Shown: piece by piece, positions 26,901 through 38,543 of the stretch
Layout of the letters: each line of letters opens with the position of its first letter
Numbering within the stretch: position 1 is the first letter of the stretch
Assembly: GCA_002245135.1 (NCBI GenBank)
Contig: NGBS01000882.1
Span: 62,001-126,000 of the forward strand
DNA: 64,000 nucleotides
Direction of reading: 5' to 3'
Origin: Proteromonas lacertae
Lineage: Eukaryota
Position numbers and translations under genes: made by a program
The notes under the pieces: generated by a model
Told to the model about the DNA's origin: nothing
Database searches by the model: none
The model's input: only the letters and a program-made list of their open reading frames with translations

Positions 26901-29900
26901 ATGTCTGGCTTAGAAGCTGACCACAGAGTGATTATTTCCCAAGCAAAGACCATAGATGGTCTTCTTGAAGAGATAAACAAGCGTAAGACTCAGATAAAGA
27001 AGATAACAATTGAAAAGGATGAATCTTTGAAAAGATACCAAGAATTGATGAAGCAAGTTGGTAATGGTGAAAAGAGTGATTTAATCAAAGCCAATGCTGG
27101 ATTATCTAAGACTATTGATGAGTTAGAGATTAAGAATCGTCATTTAGAAAAGGAATTGAACTCTGTTACACAAGAAAGGGATGAATACAAAAAGAAGTAC
27201 GAACACGTTAGTAAACATTCATCTGAAGCCCGAAAACTCCAAGAACAGCTCGATCAACAATTAGAGCAGATTGCAGAATTAGAAGGTAAAAATATGGAGT
27301 TTACTGAAAGATGTGAAAATGCTGAAAGAGAAAATGAAGAATTATCAAGACAATTAGGTGATGCACTTGCTGAAATCGAATCTTTGAAGGATCAAATTGG
27401 TTCAAATGCTGAAAATGATGCTAAACATATAGCAGCAGAAACTGTTACCTTGAAAGAAACCCTCAAAGAACAATTAAGCGAAATCTCAACTTTGGAAGAT
27501 GAGGTTAGAAGCTTAAGTGATGAATTAGTAAGTGTTCAAGCCATTAGAGAAGAAATTGAGAAAGATAAGAATGAATTCTATGAAAATCTGCAAGATCGAG
27601 AAAAACAGTTGGAAGAGCTGAAAGAAAAGTATTCTCAACTTGACAATCAGAACAATGGATTGAAATCTGAGATTGACAATCTGCACAAAGATATTGATAC
27701 ATTACAAGAAGAAAGAGTATCATATGATGAAAAAATTGAAGAATTAAAGCTACAAATTGATGATTTAAGTAAAGGAGGAGATGAAGTAGAATACTTAAAG
27801 AGTCAAAATGAAGAGATGCAAAGTAGAAATGGGGACTTAGAAAGAGAAATTGGAGATTTAGAGAAAGACTTAGAAAGATTTTCTAAGTTGCAAGAAGAGA
27901 ATGATAGATTAACAACACAACTATCAGAATTAGAATCAACACTAGAAAGAATGAGTGATGATATAAACAAAGCAAATCAAGAGAATGAAGAGAAAGAAAA
28001 TATTATAAAAGACTTAGAAAATGAAAAGAAGAGTGTTGAAGAAGAATATGTAAGATTATTGAAAGAAAAAGATGATGAAATACAAAGTAAAGATGGTAGA
28101 ATCAAAGAATTAGAGAATGAAGTAGAAGAATTAAAGAATGAAATAGATAATTTGAATAAAGGAATAGTTCAATTAGAGAATGAATCATCTGAAATTACTA
28201 AGGAAAGAGATGATATAAAATCACAATTGGATGATGAAGAAGAAAGAATCAATGAATTAGAAAACAACAAAAATGAGTTAGAAAATCAAATAAATCAGTT
28301 GAAACAAAGTATTGAAAATGATTCAGAAAAACATATTAAAGATTTGGATGAATTAAAGAATGAATTAGAAAACCAATATAATGCCATTATTAATGATAAT
28401 AAGAAAGAATATGAGATTAAAGTAGAAGAATTGAATCAAAAGCTTGAAGAGACAAACCTTGAATCACAATCTACAATTAATGAAATGAAACAAGAATTAG
28501 AGAAAGTAACTAGTGAAGCTGAAGAATACAAAGATAAACTATCGCTGGTAGATAGTGAAAAAGGAAATATATCTGAAGAATTAACCAATAAAATCAACGA
28601 ATTAAACAATGAAATTGAAGAAATGAAAAGAGAAAAAGAAGAAGAGGAGAATAATATAAATGAATTAAACAACAAAATATCTGAATTAGAGAATGAATTA
28701 GAAGAAAAAACGCTGAGTATTGAAGAAATGAAATGTACAGTTGAAGAGAAAGATACTCAAATAGAAGAAATGAGTAAAGAAATTGATGAGAATAAAGAAA
28801 CAATTGAAGAAATGAAGAAAGAAAAAGATGATAAAGTGAATGAATTGAATCAAGAAATAGATAATCTAAATTCATTATTAGATGAAAAAGAAAGAGAATT
28901 ATCAAATGAGAGAGAAGTAAAATCCATGTTAGATAATGAAAAATTGAATTTGAATGATGAACTATCATCTCAACTAAACAAGATCAGTGAATTGGAGAAA
29001 GAAATAGAAGAAAAGAACAACATATTAGAAGAGAAAGATATAATAATTGGCAATCAAAGTAATGATTTGGATGAAATAAAGAAATTAAAAGAAGAAAACG
29101 AGAATGAATTAAATAATAAGATCAAAGAACTAGATAATGAGATAAGTGAAAACCAAAACAGTTTATCATTATTAAATGAAGAATTAGAAAGATTAAATGG
29201 TGAATTGAATGAAATAAAGATCAACAATGAAGAAATGAAGCTAAATATCGAAGAAAAAGATTTAACAATAGAAAATCAATCAAAAGATATTGATGAGATG
29301 AAGAGAGATATAGAAGAGAAAGAAAATCATATTAATGAACTAACTAACAAAATATCTGAACTAGAAAATGAAATTAATGAAAATCAAAACAACTTATCAT
29401 CATTAAATGAAGAATTAGAAAGAGTAAATGGTGAAATGAATAAGAGAGAAGAAGAAATGAAAATAACAATGGATGAAAAAGATAATGAGAATAACAACAA
29501 CTTATTATTATTAAATGGAGAAATAGAGAAATTAACTAATCAATTACATGAGAAGGAACATATATCTGAGAGTTCTAAAGCTGAATTAGAGAAAGAAATC
29601 GAAGAAATGAATTTTAGTATTGAAGAATTAAAAGCTTCATTAGAAGAAAAAGAAATAATGTTAGAGAGTCAATCAAATGATATAAACCAATTAAAAACTG
29701 AAAAAGAAGAAAAAGAAGCAATACTTCAAGAGAAAGTCAATGATTTAGAGTGTAAACAATTGTTATTAGAAAGTACAAAGAGTGAATTAGAAAATGAATT
29801 AGTTGAAATAAAGAAAGTAATGGAAGAAAAGGAGATTGAAAATAACAATAATTTGGAAGTATTAAATGGTGAAATTGAAAGATTAAACAATGAGTTAAAT

Positions 29901-32900
29901 GACAAAATGGAAGTAATTCAAAGTAAAGATAATGAATTGGATGAAATAAACAAAGAAATTGATAATTTATCAAATGAATTAAATCAAAAGATTGATAATT
30001 TGAATAGTATTATTGAAGAAAAGAGTTTGAATATTGAAGAATTAAAGAATGCAGCTGAAGAAAAGGAGGTGATAATTGGAAATCAATCAAGTGATATTGA
30101 AGAAATGAAAAAAGAAATAGAAGAGAAAAACAGTCAATTAACTGAAATGAATAACAAAATATGTGAATTAGAGAATGAGATAAATGAAAATCAAAACAAT
30201 TTATCTTCCTTAAATGAAGAATTGGTAAAGATTACAAATGAAAAAGACGAATTATCAAATGAATTAGAAGAAATGAAGCTGAATAATGAAGAAATGAGAT
30301 TGAATATAGAAGAGAAAGAAGTGATAATTGGAAATCAATCAAATGATATAGAATGTATAAAGAAAGAAAAAGAAGATAAAGTGAATGAATTGAATCAAGA
30401 AATAGATAATCTAAATTCATTATTAGATGAAAAAGAAAGAGAATTATCAAATGAGAGAGAAGTAAAATCCATGTTAGATAATGAAAAATTGAATTTGAAT
30501 GATGAACTATCATCTCAACTAAACAAGATCAGTGAATTGGAGAAAGAAATAGATGAAAAGAACAATACAATCGATGAAATAGAAAGAAATAAAAATGAAT
30601 TAAATGAAGAATTAAACCGATTAAATGGTGTATTAGAAGAAATAAAATTGAACAATGATGAAATGAAACTATCACTGGAAGAGAAGGATGTGATAATTGG
30701 TAATCAATCAAGTGATATTGAAGAAATGAGAAAAGATAAAGAAGAGAAAAACAACCATATTAATGAATTAAACAATAGAATACGCGAATTGGAGAATGAA
30801 ATCAATGAAAATCAAAACAATTTATCATTACTAAATGGAGAATTAGAAAGAATAAATGGTGAATTGAATAATAAATCCTCAATTTTAGAAAATACAACAA
30901 ACGAATTAAACAATATGATACAATCAAATGAAGAATTAAAACATCATTTAAGTGAATCAGAAGATAAAATATCTCAATTACAAGTAGCTAATGAAGAAAC
31001 AAAGATATATAGTGAACAACAGAATATACAACATCAACAACAACTTGATGAAAGAAATAACACAATAGATATGATAAAGAATCAATTATCATCTTTAGAA
31101 TCACAACTATCCAATATATCAAAGGAAAATGAACAGATTACTAATGAATTAAATAGATCAGTTGATGAGAATATTGAATTAAAGAATATGAATAACTCTT
31201 TAAATAATAAGATTGAAGAAATATCTCAAAAGTTACAAATGGTAGAAAATCAAAATGAAGAGTTGAATAATGAAATATCAAAACTGAATGTAGAAATGAA
31301 AGAGAAAGAGTTAAAGATTGATGAATTAGGATTAGAATCTGATGAACAGATTAACATATTACAATCAAAAATACAAGGCTTAACAGATGAAAAGAACACT
31401 GTTATAATGGAAATGAATGAAAAAGAAAATAGAATGGCTAAAGCAATAGAAGAATTAAAGAGTTCAATTGAAGAAAAGGAGGTGATAATTGGAAATCAAT
31501 CAAGTGATATTGAAGAAATGAAAAAAGAAATAGAAGAGAAAAACAGTCAATTAACTGAAATGAATAACAAAATATGTGAATTAGAGAATGAGATAAATGA
31601 AAATCAAAACAATTTATCTTCCTTAAATGAAGAATTGGTAAAGATTACAAATGAAAAAGACGAATTATCAAATGAATTAGAAGAAATGAAGTTAAATAAT
31701 GAAGAAATGAGATTGAATATAGAAGAGAAAGAAGTGATAATTGGAAATCAATCAAATGATATAGAATGTATAAAGAAAGAAAAAGAAGATAAAGTGAATG
31801 AATTGAATCAAGAAATAGATAATCTAAATTCATTATTAGATGAAAAAGAAAGAGAATTATCAAATGAGAGAGAAGTAAAATCCATGTTAGATAATGAAAA
31901 ATTGAATTTGAATGATGAACTATCATCTCAACTAAACAAGATCAGTGAATTGGAGAAAGAAATAGAAGAAAAGAACAACATATTAGAAGAGAAAGATATA
32001 ATAATTGGCAATCAAAGTAATGATTTGGATGAAATAAAGAAATTAAAAGAAGAAAACGAGAATGAATTAAATAATAAGATCAAAGAACTAGATAATGAGA
32101 TAAGTGAAAACCAAAACAGTTTATCATTATTAAATGAAGAATTAGAAAGATTAAATGGTGAATTGAATGATAAAGAAGACGAAATGAAGAGAGAAAAAGA
32201 AGAGAAAAACAATCGTATAAACGAATTAACCAATAGAGCAAATGAACTAAGTAATGAATTAGAAGAAATGAAGTTAAATAATGAAGAAATGAGATTGAAT
32301 ATAGAAGAGAAAGAGAATCAATTAACAGAATTAAATGAAGAATTGTCAAAACAAACTTCTGAATTAAACAATAAAGTAACTGATTTACACTCACAATTAG
32401 AAGAAAGCAACAACAACATAAGTTTATTGAATAAAGAATTAGATAGAGTAAATGGAGAAATGATTAAGAAAGAAGAAGAAAATGAAAAAATGAGAAATGA
32501 AATTGTCGATATGAAGTTGAATATTGAAGAATTAAAGAACACTATTGAAGAAAAGGAGGTGATAATTGGTAATGAATCAAGTGATATTGAAGAAATGAAG
32601 AAAGAAATAGAAGAGAAAAACAGTCAAATGAATAGTTTAAACAACAAAATATCAGAATTAGAAAATGAGATAAATGATAATCATAAATCCATTGACGATT
32701 TACAATTATCATTAGATAAAGAAACAACTGAATGTAATGACTTAAACAACCAAATCAGTAACTTAGAAAATGAAATTAAACTATTAAATCAAAAGATACA
32801 ATCCAATGATCAAATGCATCAAAGAGAAATGAATCAAAAATCACAAACACATCAATATGATATAGATAATCTGACCAATGAAAATGAGCAATTGACAAGC

Positions 32901-35900
32901 CAAATTAAATCACTACAAGATAAGATTGATTCATATTTAGATAAAATAAAGACTTTAAGAAATGATAATATGAAGATTAATAATGAATTAGAAGAAAAGA
33001 AACTTGAAATAGAAGAAAAAGAAGAAGAAATGCAACAAATAATGAAAGAAAAAAATACCTTAGAAATGAAAGTAAAGAGTTTAGAAAAAGACAAAGAAGA
33101 ATTAACAATGAAATTAGATTCAGAAATGGAGAGTAAATCATTATTAGATTGTGATGTAGATAGTTTATCAAAACAAGTAACAAATCTTATAGAATCTGTA
33201 AAACAATCTCAAAGTGAAAATGAGAAATTAAAGAATGAATTAGAAGAGAAAATATCTGAAAATGAAAAGATTATCAATGAAAAGAATCAATTGGAAGAAG
33301 AAAGTGTTGAACAGAATAATGAAAATACAATGAAAATAGAAGCATTAAACAAAGCAATTAAAGAAAATGGAGAAGTAATATCTCAACTACAAGAGAAGAT
33401 TGAAAAGTATGAAAATGAGATAAAAGAATTAGAAGAAAAGAATAATAGTTTAGAAACTTCAATTCAACAGAAAAATGAAGAAAATGAAGTAGTGATGAAT
33501 GAAAAGAAAGAAATAGAAAATAAAGTATCTGAATTGAATGGTATTATTGATGAAATGACTGCTTTAACAGAAGAAAAAGAAGTAGAAAATAACAACAACT
33601 TATTACTATTAAACCAAGAAATTGAAAGATTAACAAATGAATTGAGTGATAAAACAGCAACAATAGAGAATAAAGATAATCAAATAGAAGAAATGAATAA
33701 AGAAAAAGAAATAATATCAACTGAATTAAACAATAGAATAAATGAATTAGAAAGTGAAATTAGTAATATGGAAACTACAATCAACTCATTAGAAGAAGAA
33801 TTAAAGGATAAAAACTATTATATTAACACTGAAATGATGAATAATGAAGATGAAAGAATGAATATGATCAATTCTATTAACAAACAAAATGAAGAAATAA
33901 AATCATTAAACAATGAAATAGAAGAATCAACTCACACTATTAATACTCAAAATGAGGAAATTATCAAGAAGAATATGGAAATTGAATCAAATCAAATGAA
34001 TATTGAAGAATTATTACAACAAATAACATCACAAAATGAAAGAATAACTAATCTAAATGAGGAAATATCTCAATTAGAAGAATCAAATAAACAACAAAAA
34101 GAAGAATTTGATGAAAAATCAACATATCTAAATGAAGTGGCAGCTGATTTAAAAGATAAATTACAATTAAAAATGAATGAAAATGATGAATTGCAAAGCA
34201 AATATGATGTATTAATAGAAGATATGAATGAAATAAAAACAGAATTAAGCAATAAAGTTGAACACCAAGATAAGACAATGCAGGAATTACAAGATAATAT
34301 ATTATCATATCAACATGATATTACTAGTAGAAATAATGAAATCAATGAACTAACAGATAGATTTAATGATTTACAAAAGAGACATAATGATTTATTAATC
34401 AATAAAGATAAGATTGATAATTTATTAAATACAGTTAGTGATAAGAATGAAGCATTAATGAACCAATTAAATATGAGTGAAATGAAATATGAAGATGATA
34501 CAACATATTTATCTAATGAAATAAGTAAACTAAACAACCAATTAAATCAAAAGGATTATGAATATAATGAGAATAAAGAAAGTATGGAAAATGAGATAAA
34601 TATGTTAAAAAATGAAATATTAGAATTAACAAACAATAATAATGAGGTGAATAATGATAATAATATGAAATCTGAACAAATTGGTATGTTGATAAACGAT
34701 ATTGAATCACAAAGAGCAGAATATCAATCAATAGTAGAAGAAAAACAAATCAAATTAAACAATGCAAGAGAAGAAATATTCAATTTAGAATCATTAAATG
34801 AAAAATTAAAAGAAGAAAAGAAAGAATTAGAATCACAAATCTCACAATTAGCAAATACAAATGATGAAATGAAACTTGCTAATGAAGAATTAGAAAATAA
34901 AATAAATGAAATTAAAATACAAGATGAAGAAGAAACTTCAAATAAATTGAAGTCTTTAATAGACTCTCAGAATGCAAGACAATATGAATTAATGGGAGAA
35001 ATAGTAAACAAATCAAATGAAATAATCAATTTGCAGCTAGAAAAAGATGAATATAAATCCAAAATAGAAATACAAAGTGAAAGAATCAACCAATTAGAAA
35101 TGATGAGAGAAGATGAATTACCATATTATGAATCATGTCTAATATTATTAAGCAAAGAATTATCAGAGAATGAAAACTCAATTGATGAATTAACTAAAGA
35201 GAAATACAGTTTAGAACAAGATTTGATATTATTGAACCAAGTATTAGAGAATAGAGAAAAAGAATTAAATGAAATGAGTGAATTGAAATGTAATGAAGAA
35301 CAGAATTATATGACTTTATTAAATAACAAAGAAATAGAAATTAATAACTTAAAGCAAATGATCAATCAATTAGAATCATCTAATAATGATAAAGATACAA
35401 TAATAACATCATATGGTACAAATAATAAACTAATAACTGGTGATGCAATAACTTTACATCTTGATCTTAATAAATATAGAAATATGAATAATAATGGTAA
35501 TGATTTATCAGCTGTTATGGTTGGTGAAGGTTTACCTGATAATAATGATAGTTTAACTGATTTATATAGTTATTATAGTTCAATGTTTATGTCAGTAGAT
35601 GGTATGAACAACAGTGTTAACTTGATGGATAATTTACACTTAAATTATAATATTAAAACCTATCCAATAGTAAATAGCATATATGATTATAGTAATACAA
35701 TAACTATGAATGAAAATGTCAATATTATTGAGAACAATAACAGTAAATGCATTATAACATCATCATCAGATAATATGATTAGTATTATACCAAATATCGC
35801 ATCATTTACAACAATTAGTGATAATATAATTGATATGATGGATGAATCAATAGATAAACTATACAACAAATTAGAAATATCCTTACAGATGAAAGAAACT

Positions 35901-36341
35901 GAGAAAGAAGTATTAATTGATGAAATAGATGAATTAGAAAATAATAAACAAACATTATTATATGATATTGAATTAAGAAAGAATGAAAATCAAAAGATAT
36001 TATCAGATACAACAGAATTAGAAACATTGAAAGAAGAATTATTGGATAATGTTAATAGCATGACTGAAAAGATTGAAAATTATAAAAATGAAGTTAAAGA
36101 TTTAACAGATAAGAAGGAAAAGTTATTGGCCGAAACAAATTTAGCTGCTTTTATTGAAAAGGTGAGAAAACAAAACGAATTGATTAATTTGTTGAAAGGA
36201 AAGTTAGTCAAATTATATAATAATTATTATAAATCAACAACATCACCATTAGCATCAACATCACCAGCAATGATTTCTGAGTTAAACAAAGAAAACATTC
36301 TTCCAATAATGACTGGTGATATACCTGTAGAACCACTGTAA
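26901..36341 (+). CDS. Giant (3146 aa) intronless E/N/K-rich coiled-coil protein with internal duplications
   Basis: Uninterrupted 9.4-kb ORF with heptad-like composition. Confidence 0.9.
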   Translation: MSGLEADHRVIISQAKTIDGLLEEINKRKTQIKKITIEKDESLKRYQELMKQVGNGEKSDLIKANAGLSKTIDELEIKNRHLEKELNSVTQERDEYKKKYEHVSKHSSEARKLQEQLDQQLEQIAELEGKNMEFTERCENAERENEELSRQLGDALAEIESLKDQIGSNAENDAKHIAAETVTLKETLKEQLSEISTLEDEVRSLSDELVSVQAIREEIEKDKNEFYENLQDREKQLEELKEKYSQLDNQNNGLKSEIDNLHKDIDTLQEERVSYDEKIEELKLQIDDLSKGGDEVEYLKSQNEEMQSRNGDLEREIGDLEKDLERFSKLQEENDRLTTQLSELESTLERMSDDINKANQENEEKENIIKDLENEKKSVEEEYVRLLKEKDDEIQSKDGRIKELENEVEELKNEIDNLNKGIVQLENESSEITKERDDIKSQLDDEEERINELENNKNELENQINQLKQSIENDSEKHIKDLDELKNELENQYNAIINDNKKEYEIKVEELNQKLEETNLESQSTINEMKQELEKVTSEAEEYKDKLSLVDSEKGNISEELTNKINELNNEIEEMKREKEEEENNINELNNKISELENELEEKTLSIEEMKCTVEEKDTQIEEMSKEIDENKETIEEMKKEKDDKVNELNQEIDNLNSLLDEKERELSNEREVKSMLDNEKLNLNDELSSQLNKISELEKEIEEKNNILEEKDIIIGNQSNDLDEIKKLKEENENELNNKIKELDNEISENQNSLSLLNEELERLNGELNEIKINNEEMKLNIEEKDLTIENQSKDIDEMKRDIEEKENHINELTNKISELENEINENQNNLSSLNEELERVNGEMNKREEEMKITMDEKDNENNNNLLLLNGEIEKLTNQLHEKEHISESSKAELEKEIEEMNFSIEELKASLEEKEIMLESQSNDINQLKTEKEEKEAILQEKVNDLECKQLLLESTKSELENELVEIKKVMEEKEIENNNNLEVLNGEIERLNNELNDKMEVIQSKDNELDEINKEIDNLSNELNQKIDNLNSIIEEKSLNIEELKNAAEEKEVIIGNQSSDIEEMKKEIEEKNSQLTEMNNKICELENEINENQNNLSSLNEELVKITNEKDELSNELEEMKLNNEEMRLNIEEKEVIIGNQSNDIECIKKEKEDKVNELNQEIDNLNSLLDEKERELSNEREVKSMLDNEKLNLNDELSSQLNKISELEKEIDEKNNTIDEIERNKNELNEELNRLNGVLEEIKLNNDEMKLSLEEKDVIIGNQSSDIEEMRKDKEEKNNHINELNNRIRELENEINENQNNLSLLNGELERINGELNNKSSILENTTNELNNMIQSNEELKHHLSESEDKISQLQVANEETKIYSEQQNIQHQQQLDERNNTIDMIKNQLSSLESQLSNISKENEQITNELNRSVDENIELKNMNNSLNNKIEEISQKLQMVENQNEELNNEISKLNVEMKEKELKIDELGLESDEQINILQSKIQGLTDEKNTVIMEMNEKENRMAKAIEELKSSIEEKEVIIGNQSSDIEEMKKEIEEKNSQLTEMNNKICELENEINENQNNLSSLNEELVKITNEKDELSNELEEMKLNNEEMRLNIEEKEVIIGNQSNDIECIKKEKEDKVNELNQEIDNLNSLLDEKERELSNEREVKSMLDNEKLNLNDELSSQLNKISELEKEIEEKNNILEEKDIIIGNQSNDLDEIKKLKEENENELNNKIKELDNEISENQNSLSLLNEELERLNGELNDKEDEMKREKEEKNNRINELTNRANELSNELEEMKLNNEEMRLNIEEKENQLTELNEELSKQTSELNNKVTDLHSQLEESNNNISLLNKELDRVNGEMIKKEEENEKMRNEIVDMKLNIEELKNTIEEKEVIIGNESSDIEEMKKEIEEKNSQMNSLNNKISELENEINDNHKSIDDLQLSLDKETTECNDLNNQISNLENEIKLLNQKIQSNDQMHQREMNQKSQTHQYDIDNLTNENEQLTSQIKSLQDKIDSYLDKIKTLRNDNMKINNELEEKKLEIEEKEEEMQQIMKEKNTLEMKVKSLEKDKEELTMKLDSEMESKSLLDCDVDSLSKQVTNLIESVKQSQSENEKLKNELEEKISENEKIINEKNQLEEESVEQNNENTMKIEALNKAIKENGEVISQLQEKIEKYENEIKELEEKNNSLETSIQQKNEENEVVMNEKKEIENKVSELNGIIDEMTALTEEKEVENNNNLLLLNQEIERLTNELSDKTATIENKDNQIEEMNKEKEIISTELNNRINELESEISNMETTINSLEEELKDKNYYINTEMMNNEDERMNMINSINKQNEEIKSLNNEIEESTHTINTQNEEIIKKNMEIESNQMNIEELLQQITSQNERITNLNEEISQLEESNKQQKEEFDEKSTYLNEVAADLKDKLQLKMNENDELQSKYDVLIEDMNEIKTELSNKVEHQDKTMQELQDNILSYQHDITSRNNEINELTDRFNDLQKRHNDLLINKDKIDNLLNTVSDKNEALMNQLNMSEMKYEDDTTYLSNEISKLNNQLNQKDYEYNENKESMENEINMLKNEILELTNNNNEVNNDNNMKSEQIGMLINDIESQRAEYQSIVEEKQIKLNNAREEIFNLESLNEKLKEEKKELESQISQLANTNDEMKLANEELENKINEIKIQDEEETSNKLKSLIDSQNARQYELMGEIVNKSNEIINLQLEKDEYKSKIEIQSERINQLEMMREDELPYYESCLILLSKELSENENSIDELTKEKYSLEQDLILLNQVLENREKELNEMSELKCNEEQNYMTLLNNKEIEINNLKQMINQLESSNNDKDTIITSYGTNNKLITGDAITLHLDLNKYRNMNNNGNDLSAVMVGEGLPDNNDSLTDLYSYYSSMFMSVDGMNNSVNLMDNLHLNYNIKTYPIVNSIYDYSNTITMNENVNIIENNNSKCIITSSSDNMISIIPNIASFTTISDNIIDMMDESIDKLYNKLEISLQMKETEKEVLIDEIDELENNKQTLLYDIELRKNENQKILSDTTELETLKEELLDNVNSMTEKIENYKNEVKDLTDKKEKLLAETNLAAFIEKVRKQNELINLLKGKLVKLYNNYYKSTTSPLASTSPAMISELNKENILPIMTGDIPVEPL
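28830..32170 (+). repeat. Near-identical intragenic segmental duplications
   Basis: 28830-29212 matches 31788-32170 (offset 2958). 30056-30553 matches 31469-31966 (offset 1413; synonymous CTG/TTA difference seen). The core DKVNELNQEIDNLNSLLDEKERE.. occurs 3 times (28830, 30375, 31788). Confidence 0.9.
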
Positions 36342-36484
36342 ATTGTTTCGTCTTTATAGAATTAAATGTTGTAATTTATAAATTTTATAATATTTTTGTT
36401 TGGTTTATGAAATATTATAACAAATTGCATATAGGCTTGATTCTTATTTTGGTAAGCTTGATGATTTTTGGCTGTTTTGTTTAG

Positions 36485-38400
36485 ATGAGCTTATCTGATG
36501 TATTATTTAAGATATAACTATGATAGAATCTATTCTTGGATTATTATTTGCAGAAATGGAAGATGTATGTGATAGAAAGAAAGGCTAATTCTAGAAAAGT
36601 GAGTATAATAGAGAATTATCGAGATTCACGTGTAATAAAGAAATATTTTGATTTATGGAAAAGTAAAAAAGGAACAGTTGTTGAAAAAAAAGAAATATAC
36701 GCCGATGCTTTCAGAGAAAGGGTTTTGTACATACGTTACTTTCATAAATGGCAAGAATATAAAGAACAGAATAAAAATAATGAGTATATATAACTGCATT
36801 TTCTATTTTCTTAGTAACTACTTTCCAATTCCATTTGTCAGATTATATTACAACCAATGGAAAATATATATAGCTCTCAGACATGAAAAAGAATATAATG
36901 AGAAAGTAGTTGTTAATTATTATAGGAATTATAAATTAAGGCAATATTTACATAATTTATATAATAAAATGGAAAAAAGAAGATCAAATAACGAGTTAAA
37001 CAAATCTTATACAAAACACTTCCTTAAAAATCACTCATATTATTCTAAAAAGAGATTTATAAGGTATTTAAAAGAAAGATTGGAGTTATCAAAAAAGATT
37101 AATATAATAACAATAAAACACTATTATTTAGTATAAATATTGGATATTTTATACATAGATAAAAAGTAAAATATTATTAGAATGGTATAGAATAACTCAA
37201 TTACTGAAGAATGAAAGGATAAACAATGAAGTTAAAGCAGATAAGTTTATAAAGAAAAAGAATATAATTATAATGGAAAATGTGTTTTATATGTGGATGG
37301 ATTACTATAGAAACAGAATATGTGAAAAACATAAAAGAATTGAAGCAATTCGTCACTATCAAACAAAAATAATGAAAAAAATATTATATGTATGGAAAAG
37401 AGAGGTGTATAAAGTAAGAAGAAATAGAATAGGAAAAGCAATTCTTCAAGGTAAAAAGATTCGTAGATTATTACAGAGTTGGTTGAAATAGTATATTATT
37501 ATATTCTATTTTTTATTATTATATATAAATAGTGCAAAACTAAAGAGAATTGAAAGAGAAGAAAGACAAAAAGAAAGAGAAGATTTAGAATATCATTATG
37601 AAAAGAGTCTCAAGAGAAGGTGTTTTATCAATTGGAAATTATTATGTGTAGCAGAATTAACTTCAAAAGAATGTACAGAAAAAGCATTAATAATCCATAG
37701 GAATCTTTATCAACAGAAAGGATGTATGTTGATATATTTATATCACGAAAAAGAAATGGAAAAAGAGATTAAATTGTTTATGAATAATGAAAAGAAGAGA
37801 ATAGATTATAATGAACATAAATACGCCTTAGCAGTAAAATATGCTAAAATATGGATAATGAAAAGTAAAATAAGAAGAAAAAGAAGAAATAATATTGAAA
37901 ATGATTATGGTAATGTATTTAATGGTGAGTATAAGAATGTTGTAAGAAACAGTCCAATTCTAAATCATTTGAATGGATATAATGACTTCTATAATAACTA
38001 TAATGATAATATATGTCAATCAAATCATCCTTTTGATTATCATCCTGCAGTTAGACAATATACTCCTTGTAGATTATCTAACCCATATAAATTCAACATA
38101 CTTCCAAAACTGTCTAGAAGAAATGTTGCTGAAGAAAATGACGATGATAATAATGAAGTAAAATATGATGTGATCGATGAAGATGTTAGGAAAGCTTTAT
38201 TGTTGTTATGGAAAGAGAAAATAGATGAATATGATAAAATACAGTCAGAATTAGCTAAATTAAATAATAAATATCTAAATGATAAAGAAAGACTTAGATA
38301 TGAAAGATTAAAGAAAAAGAAAAGAGAATATGAAGAATGGGTTAAAAAGAAAGAAAGAATAATATATCAAATAAAAAGAGATATAAAAAGTGAGTTATAG
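36485..38400 (+). CDS. Sfi1-like centrin-binding repeat protein, at least 5 exons
   Basis: Repeated (F/Y)xxW(K/Q) units: YLQKWK, YFDLWK, YFHKWQ, YYNQWK, VFYMWM, ILYVWK, CFINWK. Introns near 36500-36526, 36784-36814, 37131-37158 and 37491-37532 restore the frame. Confidence 0.7.
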
Positions 38401-38543
38401 AGTATAATTTATGTTTTTTTGTTTTTTAATACTTTTTTTCCCCACTTTTTTTATTTTTAAATATAATCTATTATAATAATTATTATACCTCAAAAACTAT
38501 TAAGATTAGTATTAAAAAGCATTTAAATTTATATTGTCATTAT

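Noticed and set aside
28436..36027. Many antisense ORFs (including repeated MIVHHSNSIF..) and similar F/L/S-rich ORFs opposite other genes
   Set aside because: These are shadow ORFs of E/K/N-rich sense genes, and their repetition just mirrors the intragenic duplications.
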